The position numbers were made by a program, and so were the translations under genes. This document shows positions 1 through 14,354 of a stretch of 64,000 nt of DNA, piece after piece (position 1 is the first letter of the stretch; each line of letters opens with the position of its first letter). The notes beneath the pieces are model-generated. The model searched no databases and had not been told where the DNA came from. It saw only the letters and a list, made by a program, of their open reading frames with translations. The stretch lies in NCBI GenBank assembly GCA_964270895.1, contig OZ185438.1; one strand, 5' to 3'. Source of the stretch: Podarcis filfolensis. Its lineage: Eukaryota.

Positions 1-199
1 CCAGACAGTCGATAGCCCTGGTTAACTCCGCTTTGCAGCGGGCCACCAGGGGATCAGCTGAAAGGCCATCAACATGGGATAAAGCATCCCCTACCACTCT
101 CTGGAAACCATTTGGATCCATTAAGTGGCAGGGGCGGACCATCTGAATTGGTCCCACCTCCCTGCAGAGGGGAAGGGTCACGGAGAAGTCCAGTTGCAC
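1..199 (-). mobile_element. L2 LINE ORF2 fragment (post-endonuclease region), cut by the window edge
   Basis: Minus frame reads VQLDFSVTLPLCREVGPIQMVRPCHLMDPNGFQRVVGDALSHVDGLSADPLVARCKAELTRAIDCL, resembling the squamate L2 VRPRRLMDP...LVxxWNxELTRAIDxIAP segment. Confidence 0.7.
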
Positions 200-1360
200 C
201 AGGTATTTACATGCATGTTCTATCTAATACTGTATTGAAAATGAATGTTGATCCAAATAACTTGGTATTGTCTACTCTAAGGAGAAAATAAATCATGGAC
301 AAGCTATTGAAGAGTGGCTAGAATGGTTGACATTTTGAGTGTAGAAGCACCTAGGGGAGTGGGTGCTGAACACACTAAGGTTCGAGATGCATACTTTACT
401 CTTATAAATATACACCAGCTGTGTGAGTGTGGTGGGCATACTTTTTCTTTCTTTCTTTTTTGGTGTGTGAGCCACTCCCTAAAATTTTAGTTGGGGGCAG
501 CCTTTTTCAAATGACTTGTCAGTTCTTAATTATCTTCATAACGTAAGCACTTTGTAAAATATCCACATAATTCCAGTCACTTATTAGACTTGTCAGTTAT
601 TAACTAGTTGTAAAAAAGGAAATCTAATACATGTACCATTATTCCTTAAGTCATCAGCTAAGGTGAAATGTGTGCAAATTGCCTGTTTGAAGTGTTGTGA
701 GTTCTAGAAAGCTTTGTGTGATTTGCAGTGTGTATATTCAGAATTCAGATTGAAAGAAAAACATTTAGAATCTTTAGTTAATTCCACAGATGCTGATCTA
801 ATACTTTAAACCATAAGATAGAGTGGGTTATTCTTATAGTTTTTGTAAATTATGCTTATACTGTGCTATAGTAAATAGGATTTACTCAATTAATCAAATT
901 TACAGATTAGCTCCTTATTGATCACAACTATTTTATGCTGAAGATCAATGGTAATGTATTTTAAATCTTTAATTGTTAATCCTTTTAAAAAATGTAACAT
1001 TGATTGGTATAATCCTTGCTAATTCTTTTGGTGCTGTGAAGTACTTTCTGAGCTCACTAAATGCATTTAGGCAAGTGAAATTTCATGTTTCCAATTTCAT
1101 GTTTCCAAGCAGTACTCAGTTGTCTTATCTGTTAAATATATTTATTTGCTACAGCTATGAATGAAAAGGCTGGAAGATGAAAGGCTCCTCAGTTTAATTG
1201 TTCATTACTATGTACAGAGTTTTATAATTTCCCACACAGATTTTTCTCTCCAGAATATCTTACTACCAGGAATGTAGTAGCATTTTGGAGAGTCTCCAAT
1301 GATTGGTTCAATCCAAATGGTGAATGGCAGTCATGTATGTTAAGTTGCCATTGCTGTATA

Positions 1361-1601
1361 CAGTGGTACCTCTAGTTACGAATTTAATTCGTTCTGGAGG
1401 TCTGCTCTTAACCTGAAACTGTTCTTAACTAGAGGCGTGCTTTTGCTAATGGGGCCTCTTGCTGTTGCTGCGCCGCCAGCACACGATTTCCGTTCTCATC
1501 CTGGGTCAAAGTTCTCAACTCGAGGTAACTCTTCCAGGTTAGCAGAGTTTGTAACCTGAAGCATTTGTAACCTGAGGTGTTTGTAACTCAAGGTACCACT
1601 G
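1361..1601. mobile_element. Tc1/mariner-type MITE
   Basis: TIR CAGTGGTACCT...AGGTACCACTG, flanked by TA on both sides. Confidence 0.85.
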
Positions 1602-1949
1602 TATGAAGGTGTTTTCCATAGCATTCAGTGAACCAGTTCCGGAAGGTTTGTGTGAGGATAAAATCACAATACTCAATTTTAGTATTGTACTGGCAAGCAG
1701 GAGCTCCCCTTCCCCCAATTCTCAGAGTGGTGGGTGTTGTTTTTAACTTCCTTGAGGGCTTCTCAGAAGCATCTCGCCAGCCACTGTTAGAAATAGGTTG
1801 CTGGAATACATGGAATTCTGGCCTGGTCAAATAGAGCTTTTCTTAAATCTTCTAACTCCAGAGGCTTGCTGTCTCTTGAGGCACTGCAGCCTATCCTGGT
1901 CATTCAGAGACCCATTTGGAAACAATATATGTAAAAATGTTTTCTTGGT

Positions 1950-2140
1950 TTGTTTGCCACCCATCTGACTGCTTACACCAGTCTCTCTAGGTGTCTTCCA
2001 ACAAATTAAAACACAGTAAGACATCAATCATTAAAAACTTCCCTATACAGGGCTGTCTTCAGAAGTCTTCTAAAAGTCAGGTGGTTGACATCTGATGGGA
2101 GGGCATTTCACAGGGCGGGTGAGACTACTAAAAAGGCCCT
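1950..2140 (-). mobile_element. Decayed L2 3'-end fragment
   Basis: Aligns by eye to 15070-15270 of the young L2 in this window (ttccaacaaa...ttaaaaacttccct...gacatctgatgggagg...aaggccct). Confidence 0.8.
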
Positions 2141-2160
2141 AACTGAAGAATCATTTAAAC

Positions 2161-2411
2161 CAGGGGTCGGCAACCTAAGCGGCCCACGGGGGTCGTTTAA
2201 CCAGCCTACAAGCTGCCCCCAAACTGAGCCACCGCTTGGCAAGTCCCTGTACGCTGCACGAAACTGGCGCAGGGACTCGCTTCTGCAGCACTGGAAATTG
2301 CATCTGCGCAGATGCCAGGAATCGCATCTGCGCAGACGACACAATCAGGCCCATGGAGGGATTTCCGCTGGAGTGAACCGGCCCAGGCGAGGTAAACCTT
2401 GCCAACCTCTG
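2161..2411. mobile_element. hAT-type MITE with perfect 8-bp TSD
   Basis: Imperfect TIR caggggtcggcaa...ttgccaacctctg. ATTTAAAC at 2153-2160 and 2412-2419. Confidence 0.9.
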
Positions 2412-5400
2412 ATTTAAACACTCAGCTCGGGATAGTTGGTTCTCTTAAGAGAAAATGAGAGAATGCTCTTTTTAGTATATAGACAATACTTGGTTCAAGA
2501 CAGATGACAAATACTGCACAATATAAAAAAGGCAAGAATACTTGTGTCAAGAACACTCTGAAAGAAGATATAAAGTAACAAATCTAGTTTTTCCATTCAT
2601 GTTTCTTCCCTTGCTCCTGCTTCCATCATTATTTTGTACTTATATTAGTCCAATACTCTCTAACTGTACACATATATGTAGTACAATACATTGGTTAAAT
2701 ATGAACATAATCTGTCACCAAATATTTACCCACCTTAATTCTCACAACTGCCCTGAGTTGCACCTACTTTTGAACCACAGGTCCTCTGCTTTTAATGCAG
2801 ATTCATTTGGATGTTAAAATAATGAACTATTCATACTTCAAATTCAAATTGACTGTAGATAAATTGGGGAAAACAGAAACCCTGGTTTTAGCAATCCTCC
2901 TGTTGCTTGAGTATAGTTTGAATCATATGGTGTCTGGTGTGAATGAAATAAGGAAAGATCTATTATTTCTCCTGTCTCTCATTTTCATCTGCTATAAGCT
3001 CATACCATTCCCTCACATCCCCCAACCCTTAAGACTAACTTTTTAGGGGATGCAGAGGTTGTAAGAGAAGGAGAGGGAAGGTAAGTACCATTTGGTGAAA
3101 AGAACTGAGCTCACAGTTGTTACAGATTCAACCAAATTATATTAACAAGAGTATACAGCTAAGTTTTACATTAAGGTGATGTTTTCATTACATAACAGAA
3201 TAAAACTGAGAAAACTTGCCCTGTTAAAATATTTCATTTATAAATTTATGTTTTGAGTACAGTTATATCTAACGCAATACTTTGAAGAGCTTCATAAACA
3301 ATAAAAATGTCTAATCAGCACATATGACCAATCTGATTCCTGTGATATGTGACCATTTTTATAAGGCAGTTCGATAACACTTAACTTTGTAGGTTATGAT
3401 GACCCCCTTTTTAGTCACTTTGAATGTAGTGTTGTTCTCTAATTGGCTTACCTTGGCAATCTGATAGTAATTGATATTCTGCTGTGGAAAATTAAGTGCA
3501 AACTTAGCTACCACTCAGGGGGAAAGAAGATACCCATTCCTGTATATAAGTGTTTGAATAGGAAAACACACTTTTTCAACTTTGATCTCAGTGTTTTCTG
3601 GCCAAATTGTTTTGTTTTTTCTCTTAAATTAATTTGTTTTAGGATTAAGGAAGTTGCCACCTCTCTGTCTCATCTGATGTAACAGTTCAACAAAATACTA
3701 GTATAGCTATTCTTGCTCAAAGATATATGCAACCTTCTTGATGAGTGTAGATCTGCATGGGGCTTTCTACCATGACATATTCCAGGGCACAAAACAATGA
3801 CCAGAGGCAGACATCTACAACCTAATGCAGGGGTGGGGCGCACCCCTTTTCAGCCCAGAGGTTGCGTTTCCTTCCAGTGGAAGGGTTTGGCAGGGGCAGG
3901 GCAGAAGTGGACATTGCAGTGAATCTTAACTTTATACAGAAGGCTACATTTCAGCCACGTATAGTTCACACGCACACACACAAACTCTGACACATTTCCA
4001 TCCAGGCGCGCAAGGGGCAATATTATAGTTCCAGAACATGTTCTAGTCAGACAAAAGCATTCAAGGAAGGCATGGAGCAGCGCCTGTGAGAGATGTGGTC
4101 GTGGGAGAGGGTACATGATCTAAGGAGGAGTTATGGTATAAGGACACTCCCATGGGTCAGATAAAAAGGGTGAGAAGAATGGCTTGATCAATTGCCTTTC
4201 TGTTTCTTTGCCACATGGTTGGTGTTTCTAACATATATCCAATATGATTGATTTATGCTTGCTGATCTTGTTATTTTATATTATTATTATTTATTTATTT
4301 TATTAAATATGTTCCTTATGTTATCTTGCCCAAGGCATTCTAAAGTGATGTACAACCAAACAATTATTTTGGTTGATATCCTGCATTTTTATTAATTATT
4401 TCTATCGTATTACTTGCAGTTCATTGCTTTGGGGGCCTTAAAGCAACATATAAATACAACGTAACAACAATAATTTTAAAATCCACACATTGCAAAGAGC
4501 TAAATTAAGTAAAACAGTTCTTAAGAACTGTGAATATCTTACATCTTTTGAAAATTGTATAGGGAATGAAACATATCCTAGGGAAGTTAGAGTAGATTTC
4601 ATTACACTGTTATGATACATTTCCATCCAAAGTAGTTAGTTGGTTACAGAATCTATTTAGCTGCCCATAACGTAAGTTCTGGGTGACTCATAAAACAGTT
4701 TAAAAACTTTAAAGTGCATGCTTTCTATTCTTTTTCTATTGTTTTTATAATTTGTGTGATATTGTCTCATTAAGGGTCAGTATTCAAGATGAAACTGTTT
4801 AGTGTTTCCTAAATGTGCCTGTATTTTCCTGCCAAATATACGGTATGTAAAAATGAACCTTTTTAAGACCTTGTACTTTAATGAACCATCTTATTGTCGA
4901 CATTCAAAATCCAATAGTGTGCCTTTTGGTGACGTCGTTTAGAATTTTAATGCATTTTAGTTCTCATTCGGCACGGCCTATGTGCTCCTCTCGGGAGGGC
5001 CTTTAGAAATAGGATTAACTTCTAGAGGAATGCATTAGCTATGCCACAGAAGTAGGCAAAGCTCTAACTAGCCTGATAGATTGCTCCATGCTTCAAATCC
5101 TCCTTGGTCCCCCTCCCTTTTTATTGACAGCTTCTCATTGAGCTTCTAGAAGCATTAGTGTATTTAGGAGTTAGATGTTTTGTATGATCCTAGGCTGATC
5201 TCATATTCGCTTTCTGAAATTAATTCGACACTACTTTACATGTTAATCCGCAAAGGATTGATTTTGAGAAGGTCAGAGTAGAGCAGTTTCAGAAAATGGA
5301 AGAAAAGCTCTACTTAAAACAGCTCATTTCAGTTCCCAGAATTACGTATAGCTGCCTTTTCATTGTGGCACTTAGCCAGCTGTAGGAGAATTGGTCCTCT

Positions 5401-6679
5401 TGCAGGATATATCAAACAGCATTGTTTGATGTGAGCTGCAGAAAGTTGAACTAATTAAGTTTAGCTTCATTAACCAATTGCAGTTTGCAAATTGCACAAC
5501 TATACTTGAAAGCCTGCAAGATAATAGACTTCTTTTGACCATAAACCATAGTAATTGAATGGTACTTTAATGACAACATGAATAAGAGTTTTTTTAAAAA
5601 TTAAAACAACTTACCCTAGGTTTTTCTCTTGTGTGCCTTGACTTTCCTTTCGTGTATTTTGAGTTGCATAGTTGCTAAAGTTGCAAAAGCAGAAAGTAGA
5701 CATATAAGAAGTTCACAGTATGCTGTAAGGTGAGATTGGTTGATTAGAAATAAACAATGTCTTTAGTATGTAACTAAACTGTCAAACAGAGTTGTTAACA
5801 GCAGTGCCACAAAGAGTCTGTGCTGATAAGAAACTAATAAACCTGAAACAATATACTATAAATATGGAAGTAATTAAACATGTGCATTGTATTCGTTGCT
5901 AGTCGGATACATGTTATGTGCAGTGGTAGCTCAGTCACACAGATTTCATGTGATTAGATGAATAGACACTGTTGCCACTAACACTCATCTAACCCCAAGG
6001 TAGATCTGAAGCTGGAACAGGATAATATTACCTAAATATTGTGTCTGTTAAAGGTGTGGCTCTTAACAACTGTAATTTCCTGACCTTCAGTGAATATGGA
6101 AAGCCCATAACATGGCATGTTAAACTGAAAGGTTTTTTTTTTTAATGAATAAATTTTAAGAAGGCTATGGTTACAACTCCTTCATGAGGCAAACTTGAAA
6201 ATGAAAAATCCTATTCAAGGTGGGAGAGAAATATCCTCATTAATAATAAAAAAACCCCACCATTTAGAAGAACAAGAATTCACATGCAACTTATCGTAAG
6301 TCTATTAAGAGAAATAAGAATAGATGTTAGAGTTGTCAACTTTTTCATAAGTGGGCTCCTGTGTCTTTAATGGAGTTTCCAACTTTTACTGATCCCCACT
6401 GCTTCTATGTCAGTAACAACTGTTTCATTGAACAACGTTAGCAGTGGTCATGTTTGTTTTCATGTGCTGGAATCTCCCTGACTTATTTCTGCATGTTGTA
6501 TAGATGATACAGATGCAGGAGGAGGCCCAGCTGGGGCTTTAAAGTTCTATCAGCAAACCTAGCCTTTCAAAGTTGCAGTAGAAAAAGAGGAAATTCAGTA
6601 GATAAAGTACACACACACTCACAGTTGCCTTCTATATCTCCCTCCTTTTTTTTCTAAAGGTTCTCCTGTGCCTTCAAAA

Positions 6680-7290
6680 GCTGACCATCAGAGTCCAGCC
6701 AGTGTACACCTCAGATGTAGTTCTCCCTTTTCCTCATGTTTCTCAAACTAGTTTTACTCATCATTTTTTTCCTGTGGTCCCCGGAATTATTCACATTTTC
6801 ACAGCTGTTGCATACTGGGTCAGCATCTTCATTGAGCTAGCCACCATGATCTTGCCTCTAATAGCTTACTTGACTTTTCTTGTTAAGGACACTGGAATCC
6901 TCTTGGCCTTGTCAGTACCTTTCCTAATCTGCAGTATACATTCCAGAAGGGCTTTTATTATGGTGGCTTTGAATAGCCCTCAAGCATTCTAGGGAAATTT
7001 GACCCTCTTAACCCTTTCCCTTTCAATTCCCTTTTTACCAATTTTTGAGAAATTTCTGCTTTTGAAGTCATATGTGACCATGTTGCACTAACTTGGCAAT
7101 TGCCCACCTACATATATGTTGAATTTTGAAGCAATTTGGTCATTGTTTGCATCTTGCACTAGGTCTCACATGCCACTTAAGATTAAGTCTAGGGCCACAT
7201 CTTCTTTGCTTGGTCCTATGACACACTCTTTTAGGGTATGTAAAAAACTTTCTGAGAAGTCTTTGGTAAGAGACACAGGAGCCATGGTGT
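6680..7290 (-). mobile_element. Decayed CR1 LINE ORF2 fragment (endonuclease C-terminus and linker)
   Basis: Minus frame ESFLHTLKECVIGPSKEDVALDLILSGM*DLVQD... resembles CR1 EN PTRxxAxLDLIL, followed by a DFK..NFSK-like segment. It has stops and frameshifts. Confidence 0.6.
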
Positions 7291-7320
7291 GGGACTTCTG
7301 AAACTCCAAGTGTATACTCT

Positions 7321-7440
7321 GTAATGCAGAACCTGTGGCCCTCCAGATGTTGCTGGACTCGCATCACCCCTATCCAGCATAACTAATGGAAAGAATGACA
7401 GGTGTAGTCCAGCAACATCTGGAGGACAACACATTCCTTT
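7321..7440. mobile_element. Old palindromic squamate MITE (hAT-like)
   Basis: Inverted arms ccctccagatgttgctggact...agtccagcaacatctggagg, the same family as 27250-27384. Confidence 0.65.
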
Positions 7441-9249
7441 CTGTGTCTCACAATCATTGATGCAATCACTGATACCGAATCTCTTTCCACGTCTCCATAC
7501 TTAGTTATAGAAACCTCTTGGAAACCTAATGATAGGACTCTTTAGGAAACAATGAAACTAAAACTAAGACACATCATGGATATGACTTTTGTACATGAAA
7601 AAAAGCGTTTGACAGATTTTAATCACCTTTCATATTACATCGCTCCAAATTTTCCACGTTTAGGAGTACATTTGTAAAATGATTGGATTTATTATGTGTA
7701 ATAATGCAAATATTTAAATAAATGAAGTATTTCTGAATCAGTGTCCTAACTTTATTTTTACTCGCTTCAAAACAATGAATATAAATTGGTTGCACAATAT
7801 GTATTCTCCTAGGCAGGCAAATACAAAATTGGTTGGTTGTGTAGCTAAGGAAGGAATGTGGTATGGAGGTGGTAGAGCTGTGATAGAACTTATTTAACGT
7901 ATTTGTGATGCAGCACCTCAACAGCATCAAGGTGTTTGCTTCTTCTTCCAACAAGTTATGTATGCCAATTGCAATTGTTAAGGAGTTGTTGTTTTTTATT
8001 TAGTCCCTCTTCCTTCTCTCCACACCCCCAACACGACTGATGTAATAACCAATGAAGGAAACAGTAATCTGGATTGATTAAAGTGTCACCAAGTGAATAT
8101 GCAAAAGACTCAGGACTCTACTAGATATACTTACACGGCCTGCATAGTCTGAACTTTGTACATCTGCTTCTCGTAAAAATCCCCATTGGATATTACAATG
8201 GAAGTATAAATATTGGAAGCGGAAGCATCCATATTTCTTAAACCATTTGTTACTACCCTTCATCTTTCATGTCTCTTGCATCCTTTTCTTTTGGGCTTGA
8301 GATTGGTAGGCCTGCAGGTCTGGACTTCATGAAGCAGACTCTGTTCAATTTCTTTGCCTCTAGTTTTCTGATCCTGCAGCAGCTTGCACTTTACTGCTAC
8401 AGACAGTAATACTTTTTGCCATGGTTGGTCTAGGTTGGTCCATAAAAATGAACTTCAAAGCATGCTAAAATAGAATTCATGGAATATCCATCAAAAGGCA
8501 CATGAGGTACTCGACATCAATACAAAGGTGATCCTAGAAGCACAACAGGATGCAGGTCCAGAAGTGAGGCTTCTGGTCAATGATACAAGTTCTGTGAAAC
8601 ATCAGGAATTTTTGCCTTTCAGAATTCTTTAGCATTCTGTTTTCCTCAGACTTTTCAGCACTTATTTCAAAAATACATCATGAGTGATCACCTAATGTAC
8701 ATCTTCCGTACTTAAATGTACTGCCTGTAGACTTTGTTTCCCAGGCCAACCACTTCCCAGATAGAAATAGATTTATTATTTTACATTTATTAATTGCATT
8801 ATCCAAAGTTATCCAACCAAGCTTGGTGCAACTCTTTTTGCCATGAAATGAAGTGCATTTGGAGCACTGGAACTCCTCTTTCTAAAGTTTTCTCCCAGAT
8901 TATGTTTGCATCCTCCTAAAATGTAAGAGTTGTGATGTGAGGGAACACCTAGTTTTATCTTGCCAGCAGACTGCTTATCTTATTTAAAATAGCCTGACAC
9001 TGAGTGTGTCTGTGTTTAAATGTGAAGTCAGTAAACATACAAGGGAAACATTTCTATTTATCTATCTATCTAAACATTTATACCCCACTTCTCTTTATAA
9101 AATAAACTCAAAGCAGCTCAGCAAAAATGTTCATATACCAACAGTAAAAACACCCCAATTACTAATGTCCCTTTTGTTTAATAAATCCAATAATGAGATA
9201 AAACAAGCTTTATGAAGACAAAACTTTAACCCACACTAAAAGATCAGCA

Positions 9250-9330
9250 AAATAAAGCTTAAAAAGAGAAGGCACCAGTTGAAACCTGCTAGGGAGGGAG
9301 TTCCACATCCTGGGTGCCACAATAGAAAGG
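9250..9330 (-). mobile_element. Short decayed L2 3' fragment
   Basis: gggagggagttccacatcctgggtgccaca..agaaagg resembles 15230-15270 of the young L2. Confidence 0.45.
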
Positions 9331-12300
9331 GGTAACGAGGCTATATAAAGATAACAAGTTATGATTGTGTGCAGTTGCATGAAATCTTACTAATTGAGAT
9401 TTGTGAGTGTTCTTGTGTCAGTTTTTATGTTCAGCACCTTCTGTTCACAGAGTGGTTGATGGAGAGGGGCAGCGCCATGCACCTGGCCTCCTGTTAGCTG
9501 TGTTGCTGTGCTCCCAGGAGGCAGTGGGGAATTTCAAAACATGTATGTGCATAATGCTATTTTACTGACATAAGTTATGTTTTACTGACATAGTGGGTAA
9601 CATGGCTTAACTGTTTTATTCTGCAGTGTTTATCGACAGTTGGGACTTCAGACACTGCCAAAGTATGGCTGTGTCTAGCCCCGTACAAAATATGTGTGAG
9701 TTGGACATCGGCATCACCCCAAAGGTTGATTGTGCATTAGCAATTTGACGCTCAACCAATCTTAAGAAATATGTTAGTAATTTGGTATGGTCAGTAGTGT
9801 AATTACATTGTTGGGATTTGTTTGAGATACAGCGGGATTCTAGGACCAGGTTCCCTAAGCCCATACAGTATCTGCTTTCAGAGGTAAAACATATTTCATG
9901 ATCTCTGTTCATACAAAGACATATGTAGGAATTCCATGCAAGTAAAAAAGCTAACATGGCAGCTTCTGATGCAACATTTTCCTTCTATGTATTAGTCTTC
10001 TGTTTCCTGAGAGCTTATTTTTTTAATGCAGAGAAATAATCTACCTCAGAAATTTGCCACTTCATTCCCAACTCAATTCTGCTGTATACATAGCCTGGAC
10101 CACTTCCTTGAGACTAATTGAGGGCAAGAAGCAAAGTGGTACAAAAATAAGAACTAGTAAAAGAATACAAAGTCTGCTTTATAACTATCTGCTAGCTGAA
10201 ATCTTGGGAACATTGCCTTTCCCCCCAGGATGGTTGTGTTATATACACAAATGCACATATATGTGTGTTTATATATGGCTTGCTCACAATGAATTTATAT
10301 GATACTGCTCAGAATCACAGGTGTCAGTAAAATATTTTAGTCATTTTGATTTGAAAAAGGAACCCATATGTAAATGCTTCTCCCTTATGAAACATATATT
10401 TCCCCCTGTAATTTTTCTTCCTGTGCAATTGATATTAGAAAAAGAATAATGTTTTAGGTTTAATAATAAAGCCAAATATTTGGTACGAGAATAACTTGGT
10501 GCTGCCTCCTGTTATTTGGCTCTATTTGTACAGTCCCCAGCTGCATTATCTAACCCCAGTGAAGAAAATTAAGTCAATGTAAAAGTATACTCTGTTTTTT
10601 TACAAAGAGGTCACGAATAGTCTTTCTTCCCTTGGTAGTCACCAGTGTTCTTATTACACTTCATTTATATAGTTGAAGGACTCAGGAGAACCAGCTGGGT
10701 TCCCTGTCTGTACTCATCAAGTGTTAATTTCTGAAAGAGGTACTGCTGTCATGAACAAGTGCCGAAGGTACTCTGGTGGTCCTGCCAAACAACAAGAGCT
10801 CTTAATTAGCACCAATGTTCAATCAGACTGCTTAACCTGCCACAGAGCGGAGGAGGTCATGTTCCTTCCTGCAGCATTGCCAACAGAAAATACCCAAGAA
10901 CAGACCCTGAATGTTTCTTTTACTGTAAGAATAGTTACTAAAGACAACTGATCCATGAGAGTAATGTGGCTTCTTTTGAGGGCTATGTATGTACTTCGAA
11001 AAACAAATTTTCTCTACTGTAAATCTTCAAGAAATTTCTTAAGCATATTTTTATCAGTCCAGGGTAAATATAGTAGTTTGATTCTGACTTTGGGCTCCTT
11101 CTGAAGACTTAGCTAAGCACATACAGTTTAACCACTGGGTATATGCAATGCACTAGGCCCATTACACTTGGCAAAATTGTAGAAGAAAAAAGTCATCCAT
11201 TTTTTAAAGTGTAATTTGTGTGCTTCATAAGCTGTTTATGTATTTAAATAACTGTTCTTATAGAAGATAATGAAGGGGAACATAAAATAGCTAGGAAGAT
11301 AACTTTCAGTATGGTCAGTTGAGGTGTGAAACACCAGGGGTTACTTAGTCTTAGGGTGCAAATACCCTTGGCAATAAAATAAAATAATGCTCTTCAACAG
11401 ATGTCTAACAAATTTAATTCTAGAGGTATTTCAAGCTCAGCTGTCAAAATGGAAAGGAAGTAGTTTAAGAAGAGACTTCACCAACAGTCGCTTAGCAGAA
11501 TATTATTCATGACTGCGAAAGAATCTTTATATGACATTCAATATGCTGTGTTACAAACGATCAGGCCTTTTGGATTTGTTTACAGTTGAATACACTTGCT
11601 GCGGCCTTATTGCAGGATTCTCTGAGCCTAATTTGGGAAGCAAATTATTGTTTCTACTTTTAACTTTTTTGTAGATACTTTGAAATCTGAAAAGTGAGAA
11701 ATCCTGTGTGTGTTTCTGGAGACTAATAAAGAGCTGCATAGCTGCTAAGACAGTTCTGTTGACACAACCTCTGTGCATTATAAAAAGGGTACCTTACCCT
11801 TTTCAGGGTGAAAATACATTGGAATGCTTTCTCGTCTTATTGTGTAAGTGGGAAGATGGCATGCTAATCCTTTTGTACATACATACTTATCATGGCAGCC
11901 ACATTGTTTAGGTGGTTTTGCACAAGCCAGAAAGAATTTAATGCATGTGTTAAAGAAGGATTTTAGTAAAGATTGTTTGCTGTCTGTCTTACAAAAGTGA
12001 ATGTAGGGTATTTGCAGAGTTCCTCTCATTGTCTTCACTTATTTTCAGTTGCTATTTTAAATAATAGTTTAGTTTCATGTAAAGTCATTCTAAGGAGAAA
12101 GGGAAGATAGCATTTCTGAGCCTTTTCAAAAGTAGCAGTATCGTAGTTACGGGTGGTGGGATTCCCCTAAGTTGAAGTATGCTTCTCTCCTATAGTGAAC
12201 ATATTATGTCACTTTGAGTTTGTAATATTTCTGCAGTGAAGAAGTACATGTGAAAATGTCACAGTTTTCATTCTAAATTGCATTACACTCTGTCATTATT

Positions 12301-12676
12301 ACTTCAAGTATTGTGGTAGAAGTGTGGATACACTTTAGGTTTATCAGCTCAGACAGTATAGAGTGCTCCTTGTGTCATCCATCAGGCAACATTGTACTAT
12401 AATGTGTATGTTGAACAGTAACTTGAGCTGTCATGGTTACACTGATTGGAAGATCTGTGGGGAGGTGTGCTTTGTAGGAAGAGATTCAGAAAAACAGCGC
12501 CGGAGGTTTCAAGACTTTCAAACCTTGTCAATAGAATTAAATAGAGACAGGGCAATTAACTATGTGTAAATGTTGCAAATATATACGAGCTGTAATCTGG
12601 CAGGATCACTAGTTTGTGTGTTCTTATTTAGTGAGCTATAGCAGTTTTGTGCGAATAGAAACTTAATCCCAGTTTA

Positions 12677-12902
12677 CAGTGGTACCTTGGGTTACATATG
12701 CTTCAGGTTAGACACTCCACTAAGACAGAAATAGTGCTTCAGGTTAAGAACTTTGCTTCAGGATAAGAACAGAAATCGGGCTCCAACGGCATGGCGGCAG
12801 CAGGAGGCCCCATTAGCTAAAGTGGTGCTTCAGGTTAAGAACAGTTTCAGGTTAAGAACGGACCTCCGGAACAAATTAAGTACGTAACCCGAGGTACCAC
12901 TG
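12677..12902. mobile_element. Tc1/mariner-type MITE
   Basis: TIR CAGTGGTACCT...AGGTACCACTG with TA on both sides. Internal cttcaggttaagaac subrepeats; related to 1361-1601 in the opposite orientation. Confidence 0.88.
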
Positions 12903-14354
12903 TATATGAGAAATGGGCAGCCTTTTCCTTTTCCTAGATTGCCTAGCCCCATCTGCTCCCCACTTCCCTCTACAGCATGTGCAGAAACCGCCTTCCTGAC
13001 TGTTGGACCCACCATTTGTCTTGTCCGCTCATTTTGCCAGAGCTTATCTTTTGATGCAGGGAAAGTTCACACCAAGAATTACCTCAATTAAATCCATATA
13101 ATTCAATGATTTAGCCAAAATCGTGGTCCTCTATTTGGTATAGTGTTAGATTTAAACATCTCTGCCTAGGACATAGGCTTTCCCTGGAGTTTTATTGACT
13201 GGCTGAGTATTGATGAAAGTTTCAGTTGTCTTAACTTTATGGTTTAACACTATGTTTTTGACACTGTACTATATCATCAGGGCATTTTTTAAAGTATAAT
13301 TCTGCAGTTTAGAGCTTTTATTCTCTTTTGCTACCATTTCCTTCAAGCATCATGTGTAATCCTTCCAAAATTAACTTAAAACACCTAGAATAAAAAACAT
13401 CTAGTAATTATTTCAGAAAGGCATTTTAAAAAAAGAGAATGGTCTTACAGATAAGCAAAGTTGGATGTCTGTGTTCTAAGCAATTCTGTTTAATGAAGTT
13501 CAAAAAATAATTTGAAAAATTACAAGCGATATATTGGTAACATGATACAAAGTTTTTTACTTAGATCATTAGCTTGAATCCAGCTCAGATTTGTAGTAAG
13601 TAATGAGAAATTGTTAGCAGGTGAAGATCTCTTGGTGGGCTGTGTGGAAAGAATTGACCATCTGATCTTATTCCTAGTAGACAGATGTTTTCATCATAAA
13701 AGGAGCCACTAGGGCAACTTTTGTTGCTGGTCTGAGCAAGGAAATTAACAGTTAAGTGAGGATGAAGTGATTGAACTCAGTTTTATTGGTGATAATTCCA
13801 CTCGTCAAATACTGAGCAATCTATTGAAATACTGTTTTACTAGTCTGTAGGACAGCAAATCATGTACATTCTATATGTTTCTTTTTGGTTAATTTTTTTA
13901 AGCTTTTTTAAAATTGACGTAAAAAAATTATATTTCCTGCAGGTAGTCAGAATTTAAACTCAGAATTTACAGTAGTTTTGTAAGCCATGGGGCAAAGGAA
14001 AGCTTTTTCACGGACAAGACTTGGTTGAACCAAGTGTGCAAGCTTTGCTTTGTCTGCTGCAGATATAGCGAGGTAAGGGGAAATGGTTGCGGGCCTCCTT
14101 TTAAACCCTGGGAGCAGACCCAAGATGGGAAGTCTTCTCCCAGGTCCAAAGCACCAGTCCCAATTGGATCCCAGGGTGGAAGCCTCACAGCTGGGTGAAG
14201 CATGCCAAATGCACCCCACTGCAGGGTGATGGCTGCCATCCCTCCCCAACAGCATATGCTGCTGCAAATCAGGGCTCCCAGTGAATTGGGAGGAACCAGG
14301 ACTTCCTGGGAAGCACAAGTGGTAAGCGTGCCATGGCACTCATATCCAGCTCGC

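Noticed and set aside
1079-1106. 14-bp tandem duplication (similar ones near 9560, 29758 and 56838)
   Set aside because: Ordinary slippage duplications. Not array-like, and no CRISPR-type repeat-spacer pattern was seen anywhere.
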